The notes: a model not told the origin generated them from the sequence alone. DNA of 56,238 bases from an uncultured delta proteobacterium (GCA_963708955.1 CAVPWJ010000057.1:1-56238), one strand, 5' to 3'. Counted from the first letter of the stretch, positions 19,236 to 29,100 are shown. Translations and numbers: made by a program.

Positions 19236-22072
19236 CCCTGCTGAAGGAGATCGACTACGGAACGCCCCGACGGGCGTCGGCCAGCCTCGTCACCCTGGAG
19301 ATCGATGGAAAACCGGTCACGGTGCCGGCGGGAACATCGATCATGCGCGCATCGGCAGAGCTGGGCCTCCACGTGCCCAGGCTGTGCGCGACCGACAGCC
19401 TGGAAGCCTTCGGCTCGTGCCGGCTGTGTCTCGTCGAGATCGAAGGGCGAAAGGGCACCCCGGCTTCCTGCACGACGCCGGTCGAACCGGGGATGAAGGT
19501 GAGCACACAGACCGCGCGGCTGGCGAGCTTACGCCGCGGCGTCATGGAGCTCTACATCTCCGACCACCCCCTCGACTGTCTGACCTGCCCCGCGAATGGC
19601 GACTGCGAGCTGCAGGACATGGCGGGCGCGGTGGGGCTTCGCGAGGTCCGCTACGGCTACGACGGGGCGAATCACCTCTCGGAGGCAAAGGACGATTCGA
19701 ACCCGTACTTCACGTTCGACCCTTCCAAGTGCATCGTCTGCTCGCGCTGCGTCCGGGCGTGCGAGGAGACGCAGGGTACGTTCGCCCTCACCGTGAAGGG
19801 CCGAGGGTTCGCCTCGAAGATCTCCCCGGGCGACATGTCGTTCCTGGATTCCGAATGCGTCAGTTGCGGCGCCTGTGTCCAGGTCTGCCCGACGGCCACG
19901 CTGACCGAGAAATCGATCATCGAAATGGGACAGCCAGAGCACAGCGTCGTGACGACATGCGCCTACTGCGGAGTTGGCTGCACGTTCAAGGCCGAAATGC
20001 AGGGCAACGAAGTCGTCCGCATGGTGCCGTTTAAGGATGGTAAGGCGAACCTCGGCCATTCCTGCGTGAAGGGGCGGTTCGCGTGGGGCTACACGACGCA
20101 CAAAGACCGCATCCTCACGCCGATGATCCGCGAGCGCATCACCGACCCCTGGCGCGAAGTGAGCTGGGACGAGGCGATCACCTACGCCGCCGCGGAGTTC
20201 AAGCGCCTGCAGGCCAAATATGGGCCGGATTCCATCGGCGGCATCACCTCGTCTCGCTGCACGAACGAAGAAACCTTCCTCGTGCAGAAGCTCGTCCGCG
20301 CGGCCTTCGGGAACAACAACGTCGATACCTGTGCGCGGGTGTGTCACTCCCCGACGGGTTATGGCCTGAAGACCACCTTCGGCACGTCGGCGGGCACCCA
20401 GGACTTCGAGTCAGTTGATGAGGCGGACGTGATCATCGTCATCGGCGCGAACCCGACGGACGCCCACCCGGTGTTCGCTTCAAGGATGAAGCGGCGCCTC
20501 CGCGCGGGCGCACGGCTGATCGTGGTCGACCCGCGCCGGATCGACCTGGTGAGGACGCCGCACGTAGAGGCGGACTATCACCTACCGCTACGGCCCGGCA
20601 CGAACGTGGCCGTGATCAACGCGCTGGCACACGTCGTCGTCACCGAAGGGTTGGTCGACGAGCGGTTCGTGGCGGAGCGCTGTGACGCCCCCACGTTCGC
20701 ACGCTGGCGGGAGTTCATCTCCGACGAGCGGCACGCCCCGGAAGCGGTTGAGCGGCTCACGGGCGTGCCCGCGGCGAACCTCCGCGCCGCGGCTCGCCTA
20801 TATGCCACCGGCGGCAATGCGGCCATCTACTACGGGTTGGGCGTCACCGAGCACAGCCAAGGCTCGACCATGGTCATGGGCATGGCGAACCTGGCGATGG
20901 CGACGGGGAACATCGGCAAGCGCGGTGTCGGCGTGAACCCGCTGCGCGGCCAGAACAACGTCCAGGGTTCGTGCGACATGGGCTCGTTCCCGCACGAATT
21001 CTCGGGCTACCGGCACGTCTCCGACGACGCCGTGCGGGCGGTGTTCGAAGAAGCGTGGCACGTCGGCCTCAAGGGCGAGCCTGGGCTTCGCATCCCCAAC
21101 ATGTTCGACGCCGCTCTCGATGGAAGCTTCAAGGGCCTGTACATCCAGGGCGAAGACCTCGTCCAGTCCGACCCGAATATGAAGCACGTGACCGCGGCCC
21201 TGGCGGCGATGGAATGCGTGGTCATCCAGGACCTGTTTCTCAATGAGACGGCGAGCTATGCGCACGTGTTCCTGCCCGGCTCCTCCTTCCTGGAGAAGGA
21301 TGGCACCTTCACGAACGCCGAACGGCGCATCGGGCGCGTCCGCAAGGCGATGCCCTCCAGGTCCGGAAAGGCGGATTGGGAGATCACCATGGCGCTCTCG
21401 AACGCGCTGGGCTATCCGATGGCATACGGCCACCCATCCGAGATCATGGCCGAGATTGCGCGCCTGACACCGACCTTCGCGGGCGTCACCTATGAAAAGC
21501 TGGACCAGCTCGGCAGCGTGCAGTGGCCCTGCAATGAGAAGGCTCCCGAGGGTACGCCGGTGATGCACGTGGACGGCTTCGTCCGCGGCAAGGGCCAATT
21601 CATGATCACCGAGTTCGTCGCGACGGACGAGAAGACGACGGACCGCTTCCCGCTCCTGCTGACCACCGGGCGCATCCTTTCGCAGTATAACGTCGGCGCA
21701 CAAACCCGCCGCACGGCGAATGTGCTCTGGCACGAGGAGGACGTGCTGGAAATCCATCCCTGGGACGCCGAGAACAGGGGCATCGGCGATGGCGAGCTGG
21801 TGGCGCTTACGAGCCGCGAAGGCGAAACGACGCTGCACGCCGAGATCTCCGAGCGTCTGCAGCCCGGCGTGGTGTACACCACGTTCCACTTCCCGGGCAC
21901 GAATGCGAACGTGGTGACGACCGAATTCGCAGACTGGGCCACCGACTGCCCGGAGTACAAGGTCACGGCGGTGCAGGTGAGCCGTGCGTACCATCCGTCC
22001 CAATGGCAGGAAACCTACCAGGATCGCCGCCGCGAGACGACGCGCATGCGCACGAAGGCCGCTATGAAATGA
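19232..22072 (+). CDS. fdsA: NAD-dependent formate dehydrogenase alpha subunit (Mo-bis-MGD, Cys type)
   Basis: Start MTLLKEIDYG at ATG 19232; the ORF-track start at 18980 is an upstream extension. N-terminal 2Fe-2S and 4Fe-4S Cys clusters are present. Active-site context is NNVDTCARVCHSPTG, with TGT (Cys) at 20342-20344. Confidence 0.9.
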   Translation: MTLLKEIDYGTPRRASASLVTLEIDGKPVTVPAGTSIMRASAELGLHVPRLCATDSLEAFGSCRLCLVEIEGRKGTPASCTTPVEPGMKVSTQTARLASLRRGVMELYISDHPLDCLTCPANGDCELQDMAGAVGLREVRYGYDGANHLSEAKDDSNPYFTFDPSKCIVCSRCVRACEETQGTFALTVKGRGFASKISPGDMSFLDSECVSCGACVQVCPTATLTEKSIIEMGQPEHSVVTTCAYCGVGCTFKAEMQGNEVVRMVPFKDGKANLGHSCVKGRFAWGYTTHKDRILTPMIRERITDPWREVSWDEAITYAAAEFKRLQAKYGPDSIGGITSSRCTNEETFLVQKLVRAAFGNNNVDTCARVCHSPTGYGLKTTFGTSAGTQDFESVDEADVIIVIGANPTDAHPVFASRMKRRLRAGARLIVVDPRRIDLVRTPHVEADYHLPLRPGTNVAVINALAHVVVTEGLVDERFVAERCDAPTFARWREFISDERHAPEAVERLTGVPAANLRAAARLYATGGNAAIYYGLGVTEHSQGSTMVMGMANLAMATGNIGKRGVGVNPLRGQNNVQGSCDMGSFPHEFSGYRHVSDDAVRAVFEEAWHVGLKGEPGLRIPNMFDAALDGSFKGLYIQGEDLVQSDPNMKHVTAALAAMECVVIQDLFLNETASYAHVFLPGSSFLEKDGTFTNAERRIGRVRKAMPSRSGKADWEITMALSNALGYPMAYGHPSEIMAEIARLTPTFAGVTYEKLDQLGSVQWPCNEKAPEGTPVMHVDGFVRGKGQFMITEFVATDEKTTDRFPLLLTTGRILSQYNVGAQTRRTANVLWHEEDVLEIHPWDAENRGIGDGELVALTSREGETTLHAEISERLQPGVVYTTFHFPGTNANVVTTEFADWATDCPEYKVTAVQVSRAYHPSQWQETYQDRRRETTRMRTKAAMK

Positions 22073-22091
22073 GGGTGCGACGGAGGGGATC

Positions 22092-22298
22092 GTGGAGACT
22101 GGGGTGATGGTGCACAAGGCGAACCAGATTGCGCTGTTCTTCGCCAGCTACCCGCGGAAAGAGGCCGTCGCGGGCGTTGCGGACCACCTCCAGAAGTTCT
22201 GGGAGCCGCGCATGCGCAAACAGATCATCGAGTATGTCCGCGATGGCGGGCCAGGCCTGCACGAGCTCGTTCCCGAAGCGGTGAGCCGGTTGAAGTAG
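22092..22298 (+). CDS. fdsD: Formate dehydrogenase delta subunit
   Basis: 68-aa ORF directly after fdsA. KANQIALFFASYPRKEAVAGVADHLQKFWEPRMR is typical of FdsD. Confidence 0.75.
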   Translation: METGVMVHKANQIALFFASYPRKEAVAGVADHLQKFWEPRMRKQIIEYVRDGGPGLHELVPEAVSRLK

Positions 22299-22328
22299 AC
22301 CTGGCGCCACCGGCGCGAAGCTCCAGGA

Positions 22329-24470
22329 CTACGACGGCGCCAGCTTGCCCGCGCCACGAGCCCACTGGTACTTCGCGCCCAGCACCTGCACGGGGATCTC
22401 GGTCGAGTAGGCGTATGACGGGATACCGTGGCGGTAGAGGTACTCGGCCGCCTCTTCCACCTCGACATCTCCCGCGAGCGACGCAACTACGGGCTTGTGG
22501 ATCCCCTTCGCCTTCATCTCCTCGACGACCTCGACGACGAGGTTTGCGAACACCATCGGCGGAGTAATGATGGTGTGCCAGTATCCCAGGATGATGGAGT
22601 GAATGCGTTCGTCTTCGAGCGCGAGCCGGAGCGTGGCGCGGTAGGTGCCTGGAGGCTCGCCGCCGGTGATATCAACGGGGTTCCCTGCCGCGCCGAACGG
22701 CGGGATGAACTTGCGGAATGCCTTGTCGAGGTCAGCCGGCATCTTCATGAGGGTGAGACCTGCATCGACGCACGCATCCGAGAGGAGCACCCCGGAGCCG
22801 CCGGCGCCGGTGATGATGACGACGTTTTCGCCGGCGGGGGTGGGCAGGGCGGGAACGCCGCGGGCGAACTCCAGCAGGTCGCGAAGGGTCTTCGCGCGGA
22901 TGACGCCGGCAGACCGCAGCACGTCGTCGTAGACTTTGTCGTTGCCGGCGAGAGCGCCGGTATGCGAGCTCGCAGCCTTCGCGCCGGCCGCGGTCCGGCC
23001 GGCCTTGAGCGCGATGATGGGCTTGGCTTTCGACACGCGCCGGGCAACTTCGGCGAAGGCACGCCCATCCTTGAGGTCTTCGAAGTGCTGCGCGATGACC
23101 TGGGTGTTGTCGTCCTGTTCGAAGAACGTCAACAGGTCGTCTTCGTCGATGTCGGACTTGTTCCCGAGCCCGACGATGGCCGACACGCCCATTCCCGCCG
23201 AACGGCTGAAGCCGATGATCGCCATGCCGATTCCACCGGATTGGGAGGAGAGCGCTGCTTGCCCCTGCACGGTGTACGCCGTGCAGAAGGTCGCGCAGAG
23301 CTTCTTGGGTGTGTAGTAGAAACCGTAGATGTTCGGGCCCATGAGCCGGATGTTGTACTTGCGGCCAATATCGACCAGTTCCTGCTGCGCCTCGACGTTG
23401 CCCGTCTCCGCGAACCCGGAGGGAATGAGCACCGCCCCGGGGATACCTTTCTCGCCGCATTCGGTCAGCGCCCTGGGCACGAGCGCGGCCGGGATGGCGA
23501 AGACTGCGACATCGATGTCACCCGCGATCTCTTTGACGGAGCGATAGGCTTTGATGCCCTCGATTTCGGCGGCCTTCGGGTGCACCGGGTAGATCGTTCC
23601 TGCGTATCCACCGTTGATGAGGTTCTTCATCACGGAGTTGCCGATCTTGCCTTCTTCCGCCGAGGCGCCAATCACGGCGACGGCATTGGGCATCATGATC
23701 CGGTTCATGGCGCGGACAATCTCGTCGTGGGGGGGCCGGTGGCGCTCCGCCCGCGGCGTGAAATCGAGGGCGACGCGGACATCGACGGGGGTGGCAGCGC
23801 GGGGGGTTGCGAACACGGGATTCAGGTCCAGCTCGCTGATCTCCGGGAAGTCCGTGACGATACGGCCCACCTTCTCGATGATGTCCACAAGCGCTTCTCG
23901 GTTGACCGCGGCGCCGCCCCGGACGCCCTGGAGCAACTGGCGGGCGCTGATGGAATCGAGCATGGAGAGGGCATCGTCGCGGGTCACAGGGGCGAGCCGG
24001 AACGTGACGTCCTTCAGGACCTCCACGAGCACGCCGCCGAGGCCAAACGCCACGAGCTTGCCGAAACTGACATCCGTGACCGCCCCAACGATCACTTCGA
24101 GCCCGGATTGAAGCATCTGCTGTACCTGGACGCCGCTAATCGTCGCATCAGGCCGGCGGCGCCTCGCGTTGGCGACAATGGAGTCATAGGCAGCAAGCAC
24201 GTCCTGCTCGTTCGCGAGCCCGGCGATCACTCCCCCGACATCGGTCTTGTGCGTGATCTCCGGCGACACGATCTTGAGGACCACCGGATAACCGAACTCC
24301 CGGGCGAGACGGGCGGCTTCAGATGCAGAAGTTGCAGTTGCATCCTTGGGCAAGGGGATGCCGTACGCGTCGCAGAGCGCGCGCGCCTCCGGGGGGGTGA
24401 GCAACGTCCGGCCCTCCGCCCTGGCCACGTCGAGAAGTCGCTGAATCGGTGCCTTGTCCACGGAAGTCAC
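22329..24470 (-). CDS. Acyl-CoA synthetase (NDP-forming / ADP-forming acetate--CoA ligase family), ATP-grasp-first domain order
   Basis: The N-terminal ATP-grasp part has ..EARALCDAYGIPLP..GYPVVLKIVSPEITHKTDVGGV..ELDLNPV. The CoA-binding part has AVAVIGASAEEGKIGNSV. The phosphohistidine segment is AASSHTGALAGND, followed by a ligase-CoA domain. The likely GTG start at 24470 lies 7 nt after GGGAGAA. The ORF-track start at 24629 adds 53 non-coding-looking residues. Confidence 0.85.
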   Translation of the reverse strand: MTSVDKAPIQRLLDVARAEGRTLLTPPEARALCDAYGIPLPKDATATSASEAARLAREFGYPVVLKIVSPEITHKTDVGGVIAGLANEQDVLAAYDSIVANARRRRPDATISGVQVQQMLQSGLEVIVGAVTDVSFGKLVAFGLGGVLVEVLKDVTFRLAPVTRDDALSMLDSISARQLLQGVRGGAAVNREALVDIIEKVGRIVTDFPEISELDLNPVFATPRAATPVDVRVALDFTPRAERHRPPHDEIVRAMNRIMMPNAVAVIGASAEEGKIGNSVMKNLINGGYAGTIYPVHPKAAEIEGIKAYRSVKEIAGDIDVAVFAIPAALVPRALTECGEKGIPGAVLIPSGFAETGNVEAQQELVDIGRKYNIRLMGPNIYGFYYTPKKLCATFCTAYTVQGQAALSSQSGGIGMAIIGFSRSAGMGVSAIVGLGNKSDIDEDDLLTFFEQDDNTQVIAQHFEDLKDGRAFAEVARRVSKAKPIIALKAGRTAAGAKAASSHTGALAGNDKVYDDVLRSAGVIRAKTLRDLLEFARGVPALPTPAGENVVIITGAGGSGVLLSDACVDAGLTLMKMPADLDKAFRKFIPPFGAAGNPVDITGGEPPGTYRATLRLALEDERIHSIILGYWHTIITPPMVFANLVVEVVEEMKAKGIHKPVVASLAGDVEVEEAAEYLYRHGIPSYAYSTEIPVQVLGAKYQWARGAGKLAPS

Positions 24471-24611
24471 GGTTGGCTTCTCCCTTTGGTTGGTTGATGG
24501 AGATTCCGGGCGCGCACTGCCGGCACCAATGCGGCGAGCATGGGCATAAAAAAACAGCCAGGGCGTACGGACGAAGCGCGTTTTACCGCCTGGCCCCACA
24601 CGTGTCAATTT

Positions 24612-24648
24612 GGCTGAAGTCAGCCTCATTTAGCTTAAGTCAGCCTCA
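24612..24648. promoter_or_regulatory. Operator-like repeats in the divergent intergenic region (acyl-CoA synthetase / RND operon)
   Basis: There is a perfect palindrome GGCTGAAGTCAGCC (24612-24625). The 12-nt unit AAGTCAGCCTCA occurs twice, at 24617-24628 and 24637-24648, with a 20-nt period. The repeats sit in a 425-nt intergenic region of locally low GC. Confidence 0.35.
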
Positions 24649-24895
24649 GACCATGGGCGTGATGGCCGCGCGTTTGCCTCATGACGCACGCCGCCTTGGT
24701 CTGTCACCGGCCACCGACCCTGCTGCTGCTCAACCTTCCGTTGGTCGGTACGCAGCTCAACGAAACCCAGATGCGACTGATCCAGAAGCACTTTCGATCG
24801 CTGGAACCTGCAATTCAAGGTCGACATCATTGGTTTGCCGGAACTGCATCCCCCTACCGACGAATCAACCGATCTGATAGGAGTAACGATCGACC

Positions 24896-25966
24896 ATGAT
24901 TCGCCCGCTCCTCGCCGCAATGGCAGCCGCCGCCCTGCTCGGCGGCTGCTCCAAGGAGGGCGCTGAAGCCCCGCCAGCGATGCCGCCCGTCTTCGTCGAG
25001 ACGACGGTCGTGAACCCCGGCCCAATCCGCGACTTCGCCGCGCTCGTCGGCCAGATCGAGGCCGAGGAGTCGGTGGAGATCCGCCCGGAGATGTCAGGCG
25101 TCGTCGCAGAGATCCTGTTCGAGGAAGGCGCCTTCGTCCAAGCCGGAACGCTCCTCGTGCGGCTGCGCGACGACGAGCGCAAGGCCGAGCTCGCCGCCGC
25201 CGAGGCCCGCGAGCGACTCGCTGCCGACACCCACCGCCGCTTCCGCCAGCTCGCCGAGGAGCAGGTGACCTCGGCGTGGGAGCTCGAGCGCGTGAGCCGC
25301 TAGCTCGACGTCGCGCACGCCGAGGTCGAGAGCGCGCGCGTGCGTCTCGACCGCACGCGCATCCGCGCCCCGTTCTCCGGCAAGCTCGGCGCCCGCAAGG
25401 TATCGCCCGGTGCGCGCGTTACCGACGCCAATCCGCTCGTCGAGCTGCACGCCACCGAGCGGCTGCGCATGGTCTTCTCGGTTCCCGAGCGCTACGCGCC
25501 GGCGGCGCGCGTCGCCGTGCCGCTCGAGGTCGCCATCGCCGCCTATCCCGACGAATGGTTCGCCGGCGAGGTCTACTTCGTCGCTCCCGCCATTGATCCG
25601 GCCAGCCGGCAGCGCTTGCTCAAGGGCTGGGTGCCGAACCCGCTCGGGCGCCTCTGGCCAGGGCAGTTCGCGCGCATCCGCACCGAGGTCACGCGGCACG
25701 ACCAAGCGCTCGTCGTCCCCGACTCGGCGCTTGCCTACGACGGGCAGGCGGCGTTCGTCTGGCGCGTCGGCGCGGAGCGCAAGGCCGAGCGGGTCGCGGT
25801 CGAGACCGGTCTTCGCCAAGAGGGGTGGATCGAGATCCGCAAGGGCGTCAACGCCGGCGATGAGGTGGTTGTGGCGGGCACGAACAAGATCTTCCCCGGC
25901 GCGACGCTGATGACCGGGCCGCCGCCGGGCGCGAGCGCGAAGGGCGAGACCGCGGGCGAGTCGTGA
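24896..25966 (+). pseudogene. RND efflux periplasmic adaptor (membrane fusion protein) interrupted by an in-frame TAG
   Basis: Lipoprotein signal MIRPLLAAMAAAALLGGCSK with RBS TAGGAG. ORFs 24896..25303 and 25340..25966 are in the same frame. They read through as ..SAWELERVSR*LDVAHAEVESARVRLDRTRIRAPFSGKLG.. The coiled-coil hairpin and the conserved I-x-APF-x-G motif continue across the stop at 25301-25303. Confidence 0.8.
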
Positions 25967-28900
25967 AGATCTCCGAGGTGTCGATCGAGCGTCCCGTCCT
26001 GGCGACGGTGATGTCACTCGTGATCGTGATCTTCGGGGCGATCTCGTTCCTGCGGCTGCCGAACCGCGAGTTGCCCGACATCGACCCGCCGGTCGTGTCG
26101 GTGACCACCGTTTACCTCGGCGCAGCCGCGGAAGTCGTCGAGACCTCGATCACCCAGCCGCTGGAAGACCAGCTAATCGCCATCGAAGGCGTCAAGCACC
26201 TGACGTCGATGAGCCGCGAGCAGGTCTCCGAGATCACGGTCGAGTTCCAGCTCGGGCGCGACGTCGATCTCGCCGCCAACGACGTGCGCGACCGCGTCGC
26301 CCGCGCGCGCAAAGATCTGCCGCAGGAGATCGACGACCCGATCGTCGCCAAGCGCGAGGCCGACGCCAGCCCCATCCTGTGGCTCGGCCTGTCGAGCTCG
26401 AGCCGCGACCAGGTGGAGGTCTCGACGCTGGCCGAGACCCGCGTCAAGGACCGGCTGGCCAAGCTCCCCGGCGTCTCCGAGGTCATCATCGGCGGCGAGA
26501 AGCGCTACTCGATGCGCGTGTGGATCGACAACGACCGCCTGACCGCGCAGAACCTGACGGTCGCCGACGTCGAGGCGGCGCTGCGCCACGGCAACGTCGA
26601 GATCCCGTCGGGGCGGATCGAAGGCGCGGGGCGCGAGCTCACCGTCAAGACGCTCGGCGAGCTCACTACCGCCGAGGACTTCGGCAACTTGGTGGTCTCC
26701 GAGGCTTCCGGCCGGCCGATCCGGCTGCACGACGTGGCGCGCGTGGCGGTCGGCGCGGAGGACGATCGTAAGATCGTACGCTACCAGGGCCAGCCGGCGG
26801 TCGGCCTCGGCGTCGTGCGCCAATCGAAGGCCAACACGCTCGACGTCGCCGCCGCCGTCAAACGCGAGATCGAGGAGATCCGCAAGGAGCTGCCGCCCGA
26901 CATGCGGCTCGAGCCGGCCTGGGATTCGTCGATCTTCATCGCCCGCTCGATCGCCGACGTGCGCACGACGATCTTCGAGGCGGTGCTGCTGGTGGTGCTG
27001 GTCATCTATCTCTTTCTGCGCTCGATGCGGGCAGCCATCATCCCGGTGGTGGCGATCCCGATCTCGATCATCGGCACGTTCACCGCGCTCGACTTCCTGG
27101 GCTTCAGCATCAACACGCTGACGCTGATGGGCATGACGCTGGCGATCGGCGTGGTCGTCGACGACGCGATCGTCGTGCTCGAGAACGTCGCGCGCTGGAT
27201 CGAGGACGGGGCGTCGCCGATGGAGGCCGCGCGCAAGGGCATGGCGGAGATCTCCTTCGCGGTGATCGCCGCGACGGTCTCGGTGATCGCCGTGTTCGTG
27301 CCGCTGGCTTTTCTCTCGACCGCTACCGGCAAGCTCTTCCGCGAGTTCGGTCTGACCGTGGCGGTATCGGTGGCGATCTCGGGCTTCGTGGCGCTCACGC
27401 TGTCGCCGATGCTCTGCGGGCGGGTGCTGCGCCACCAGGCGGCGGAGCACGGGCTCAAGGCCTGGCTCGCGCGGGCCTTCGAGCGCATGGCCGACGCCTA
27501 CGCGGCGACGCTGCGGCCGACGCTCCGCCACCGCGGCACGACCGTGCTCGTCGGCGTCGCCTGGTTCGCGCTCGGCATCGTGCTTTACCGGGTCGCCGAC
27601 CGCGAGTTCATTCCTGACGCCGACCGCGGCACGATCGTCGGGTTCACGCGCGCGCCGGAAGGCAGCACGCTCGCCTATACCGACCGTTACATGAAACAGG
27701 TCGAAGCGACGTATCTAGCGGTGCCAGAGATGGCGAGCGTGTTCTCGGTCGTCGGCCTCGGTATCGGCACGCCCGGCCTGGTGAACGAAGGCGGCGTGTT
27801 CGCGATGCTGCAACCTTGGGAGAAACGGGGGCGGTCGCAGCAGGCGATCGTCGAGGAGCTGCGCGGGAAGCTCTGGACCGTGCCGGGCATGCTCGCGTTC
27901 GCCTTCAACCCACCGGCGTTCGGCCAGAACTCCTTAAGCCAGCCGGTGTCGATGGTGATCCAGGGGCCCGAGGTCCGCGAGCTCGCGCGCTTCGCCCAGG
28001 AGATCGTGCTGCGCGCGGGGTCGATCCCGGGCATCGTTCAGCCGCAGAACGACCTGCAGGTGAGCAAGCCGCAGCTCGAGGTTTCGGTGGATCGCGATCG
28101 CGCCGCGGACCTCGGCGTGTCGGTACGCGACGTCGCGACCACGCTGCAGATCCTCTTCGGCGGCCTCGATCTCTCGACGTTCAAGCTCTTCGGCGAGACC
28201 TACAAGGTGATGGTCGAGCTGCCGGTCGAGCGCCGCGGCGAGGAACGCGACCTCTCCCGCGTGTACGTGCGCGGCAAGGACAACCAGCTCGTACCACTCT
28301 CGTCGCTGGTCTCGGTGAAGGAATCGGTCGCGCCGCGCGGCCCGCCGCACCGCGACCGGATGCGCGCGACGACGATCTCTGCGAGTCTCGCGCCCGGGGC
28401 TCCGCTCGGCGGCGCGCTCGAGTCGTTGCGCGCGCTCGCCGAGGATGTCTTGCCCGACGGCCAGGGGTACCGCGTGACGTTCTCCGGCGAGTCGGAGGAA
28501 TTCTACGAATCGGGCAACGCGTTGCTCTTCGCCTACGCGCTGGCGATCGTCATCGTTTACCTGGTGCTCGCCGCGCAGTTCGAGAGCTTCCTCCATCCGA
28601 TCGTCGTGCTGGTGGCGGTCGCGCTGTCGTTCACCGGCGCGCTCGTCACGCTGCGGCTGACCGGCGCCACGGTCAACCTGTTCAGCCAGATCGGCCTCGT
28701 GCTGCTCGTCGGCCTGGTGACCAAAAACTCCATCCTGATCGTCGAGTTCGCCGATCAACTGCGCGAGCGCGGCATGGGCCTCGAAGAAGCGACCTACGAG
28801 GCATCGCGGCGGCGCTTCCGGCCGATTCTCATGACCGCGCTGTCGACGATCCTCGGCATCTTGCCGATCGCGCTCGGCCTCGGCGCGGGAGGCGAGTCGC

Positions 28901-29052
28901 GGGCTCCGCTCGGCATCGCCGTCACCGGCGGCATGTTGTTCTCGACGCTGCTGACGATCTACGTCGTGCCGGCGACCTACATCGCCTTTGCGCGCGCGGT
29001 CGAGCGGAGCGAAGCGCGCGTCCCGCGCGCGGCGGAGCCGGCCGCTTCGTAA
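25963..29052 (+). CDS. RND multidrug efflux transporter, permease subunit (HAE1/AcrB-like)
   Basis: 1,029 aa with a 12-TM two-lobe architecture. N-terminus is ISEVSIERPVLATVMSLVIVIFG. Also has GMTLAIGVVVDDAIVVLEN. GTGA overlap with the adaptor gene. Confidence 0.9.
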   Translation: MKISEVSIERPVLATVMSLVIVIFGAISFLRLPNRELPDIDPPVVSVTTVYLGAAAEVVETSITQPLEDQLIAIEGVKHLTSMSREQVSEITVEFQLGRDVDLAANDVRDRVARARKDLPQEIDDPIVAKREADASPILWLGLSSSSRDQVEVSTLAETRVKDRLAKLPGVSEVIIGGEKRYSMRVWIDNDRLTAQNLTVADVEAALRHGNVEIPSGRIEGAGRELTVKTLGELTTAEDFGNLVVSEASGRPIRLHDVARVAVGAEDDRKIVRYQGQPAVGLGVVRQSKANTLDVAAAVKREIEEIRKELPPDMRLEPAWDSSIFIARSIADVRTTIFEAVLLVVLVIYLFLRSMRAAIIPVVAIPISIIGTFTALDFLGFSINTLTLMGMTLAIGVVVDDAIVVLENVARWIEDGASPMEAARKGMAEISFAVIAATVSVIAVFVPLAFLSTATGKLFREFGLTVAVSVAISGFVALTLSPMLCGRVLRHQAAEHGLKAWLARAFERMADAYAATLRPTLRHRGTTVLVGVAWFALGIVLYRVADREFIPDADRGTIVGFTRAPEGSTLAYTDRYMKQVEATYLAVPEMASVFSVVGLGIGTPGLVNEGGVFAMLQPWEKRGRSQQAIVEELRGKLWTVPGMLAFAFNPPAFGQNSLSQPVSMVIQGPEVRELARFAQEIVLRAGSIPGIVQPQNDLQVSKPQLEVSVDRDRAADLGVSVRDVATTLQILFGGLDLSTFKLFGETYKVMVELPVERRGEERDLSRVYVRGKDNQLVPLSSLVSVKESVAPRGPPHRDRMRATTISASLAPGAPLGGALESLRALAEDVLPDGQGYRVTFSGESEEFYESGNALLFAYALAIVIVYLVLAAQFESFLHPIVVLVAVALSFTGALVTLRLTGATVNLFSQIGLVLLVGLVTKNSILIVEFADQLRERGMGLEEATYEASRRRFRPILMTALSTILGILPIALGLGAGGESRAPLGIAVTGGMLFSTLLTIYVVPATYIAFARAVERSEARVPRAAEPAAS

Positions 29053-29066
29053 CGCAGGGACGAGCC

Positions 29067-29100
29067 GCGTGCCTCCCGCCGTGTTCGGCGGGAAGCACGC
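29067..29100 (+). terminator. Strong hairpin after the RND gene
   Basis: GCGTGC-c-TCCCGCCG-tgtt-CGGCGGGA-a-GCACGC, 14 bp with one C/A mismatch, 15 nt after the stop. No U-tract. Confidence 0.5.

Noticed and set aside
20342-20344. Checked whether fdsA uses selenocysteine (in-frame TGA)
   Set aside because: The active-site codon is TGT (Cys) in ..CARVCHSP.., and the ORF has no internal TGA.
20798-22117. 439-aa ORF antisense to fdsA
   Set aside because: High-GC antisense artefact. fdsA is unambiguous.
22428-24497. 689-aa plus-strand ORF antisense to the acyl-CoA synthetase gene
   Set aside because: No motifs and biased composition. The minus frame has ATP-grasp, CoA-binding and phosphohistidine motifs.
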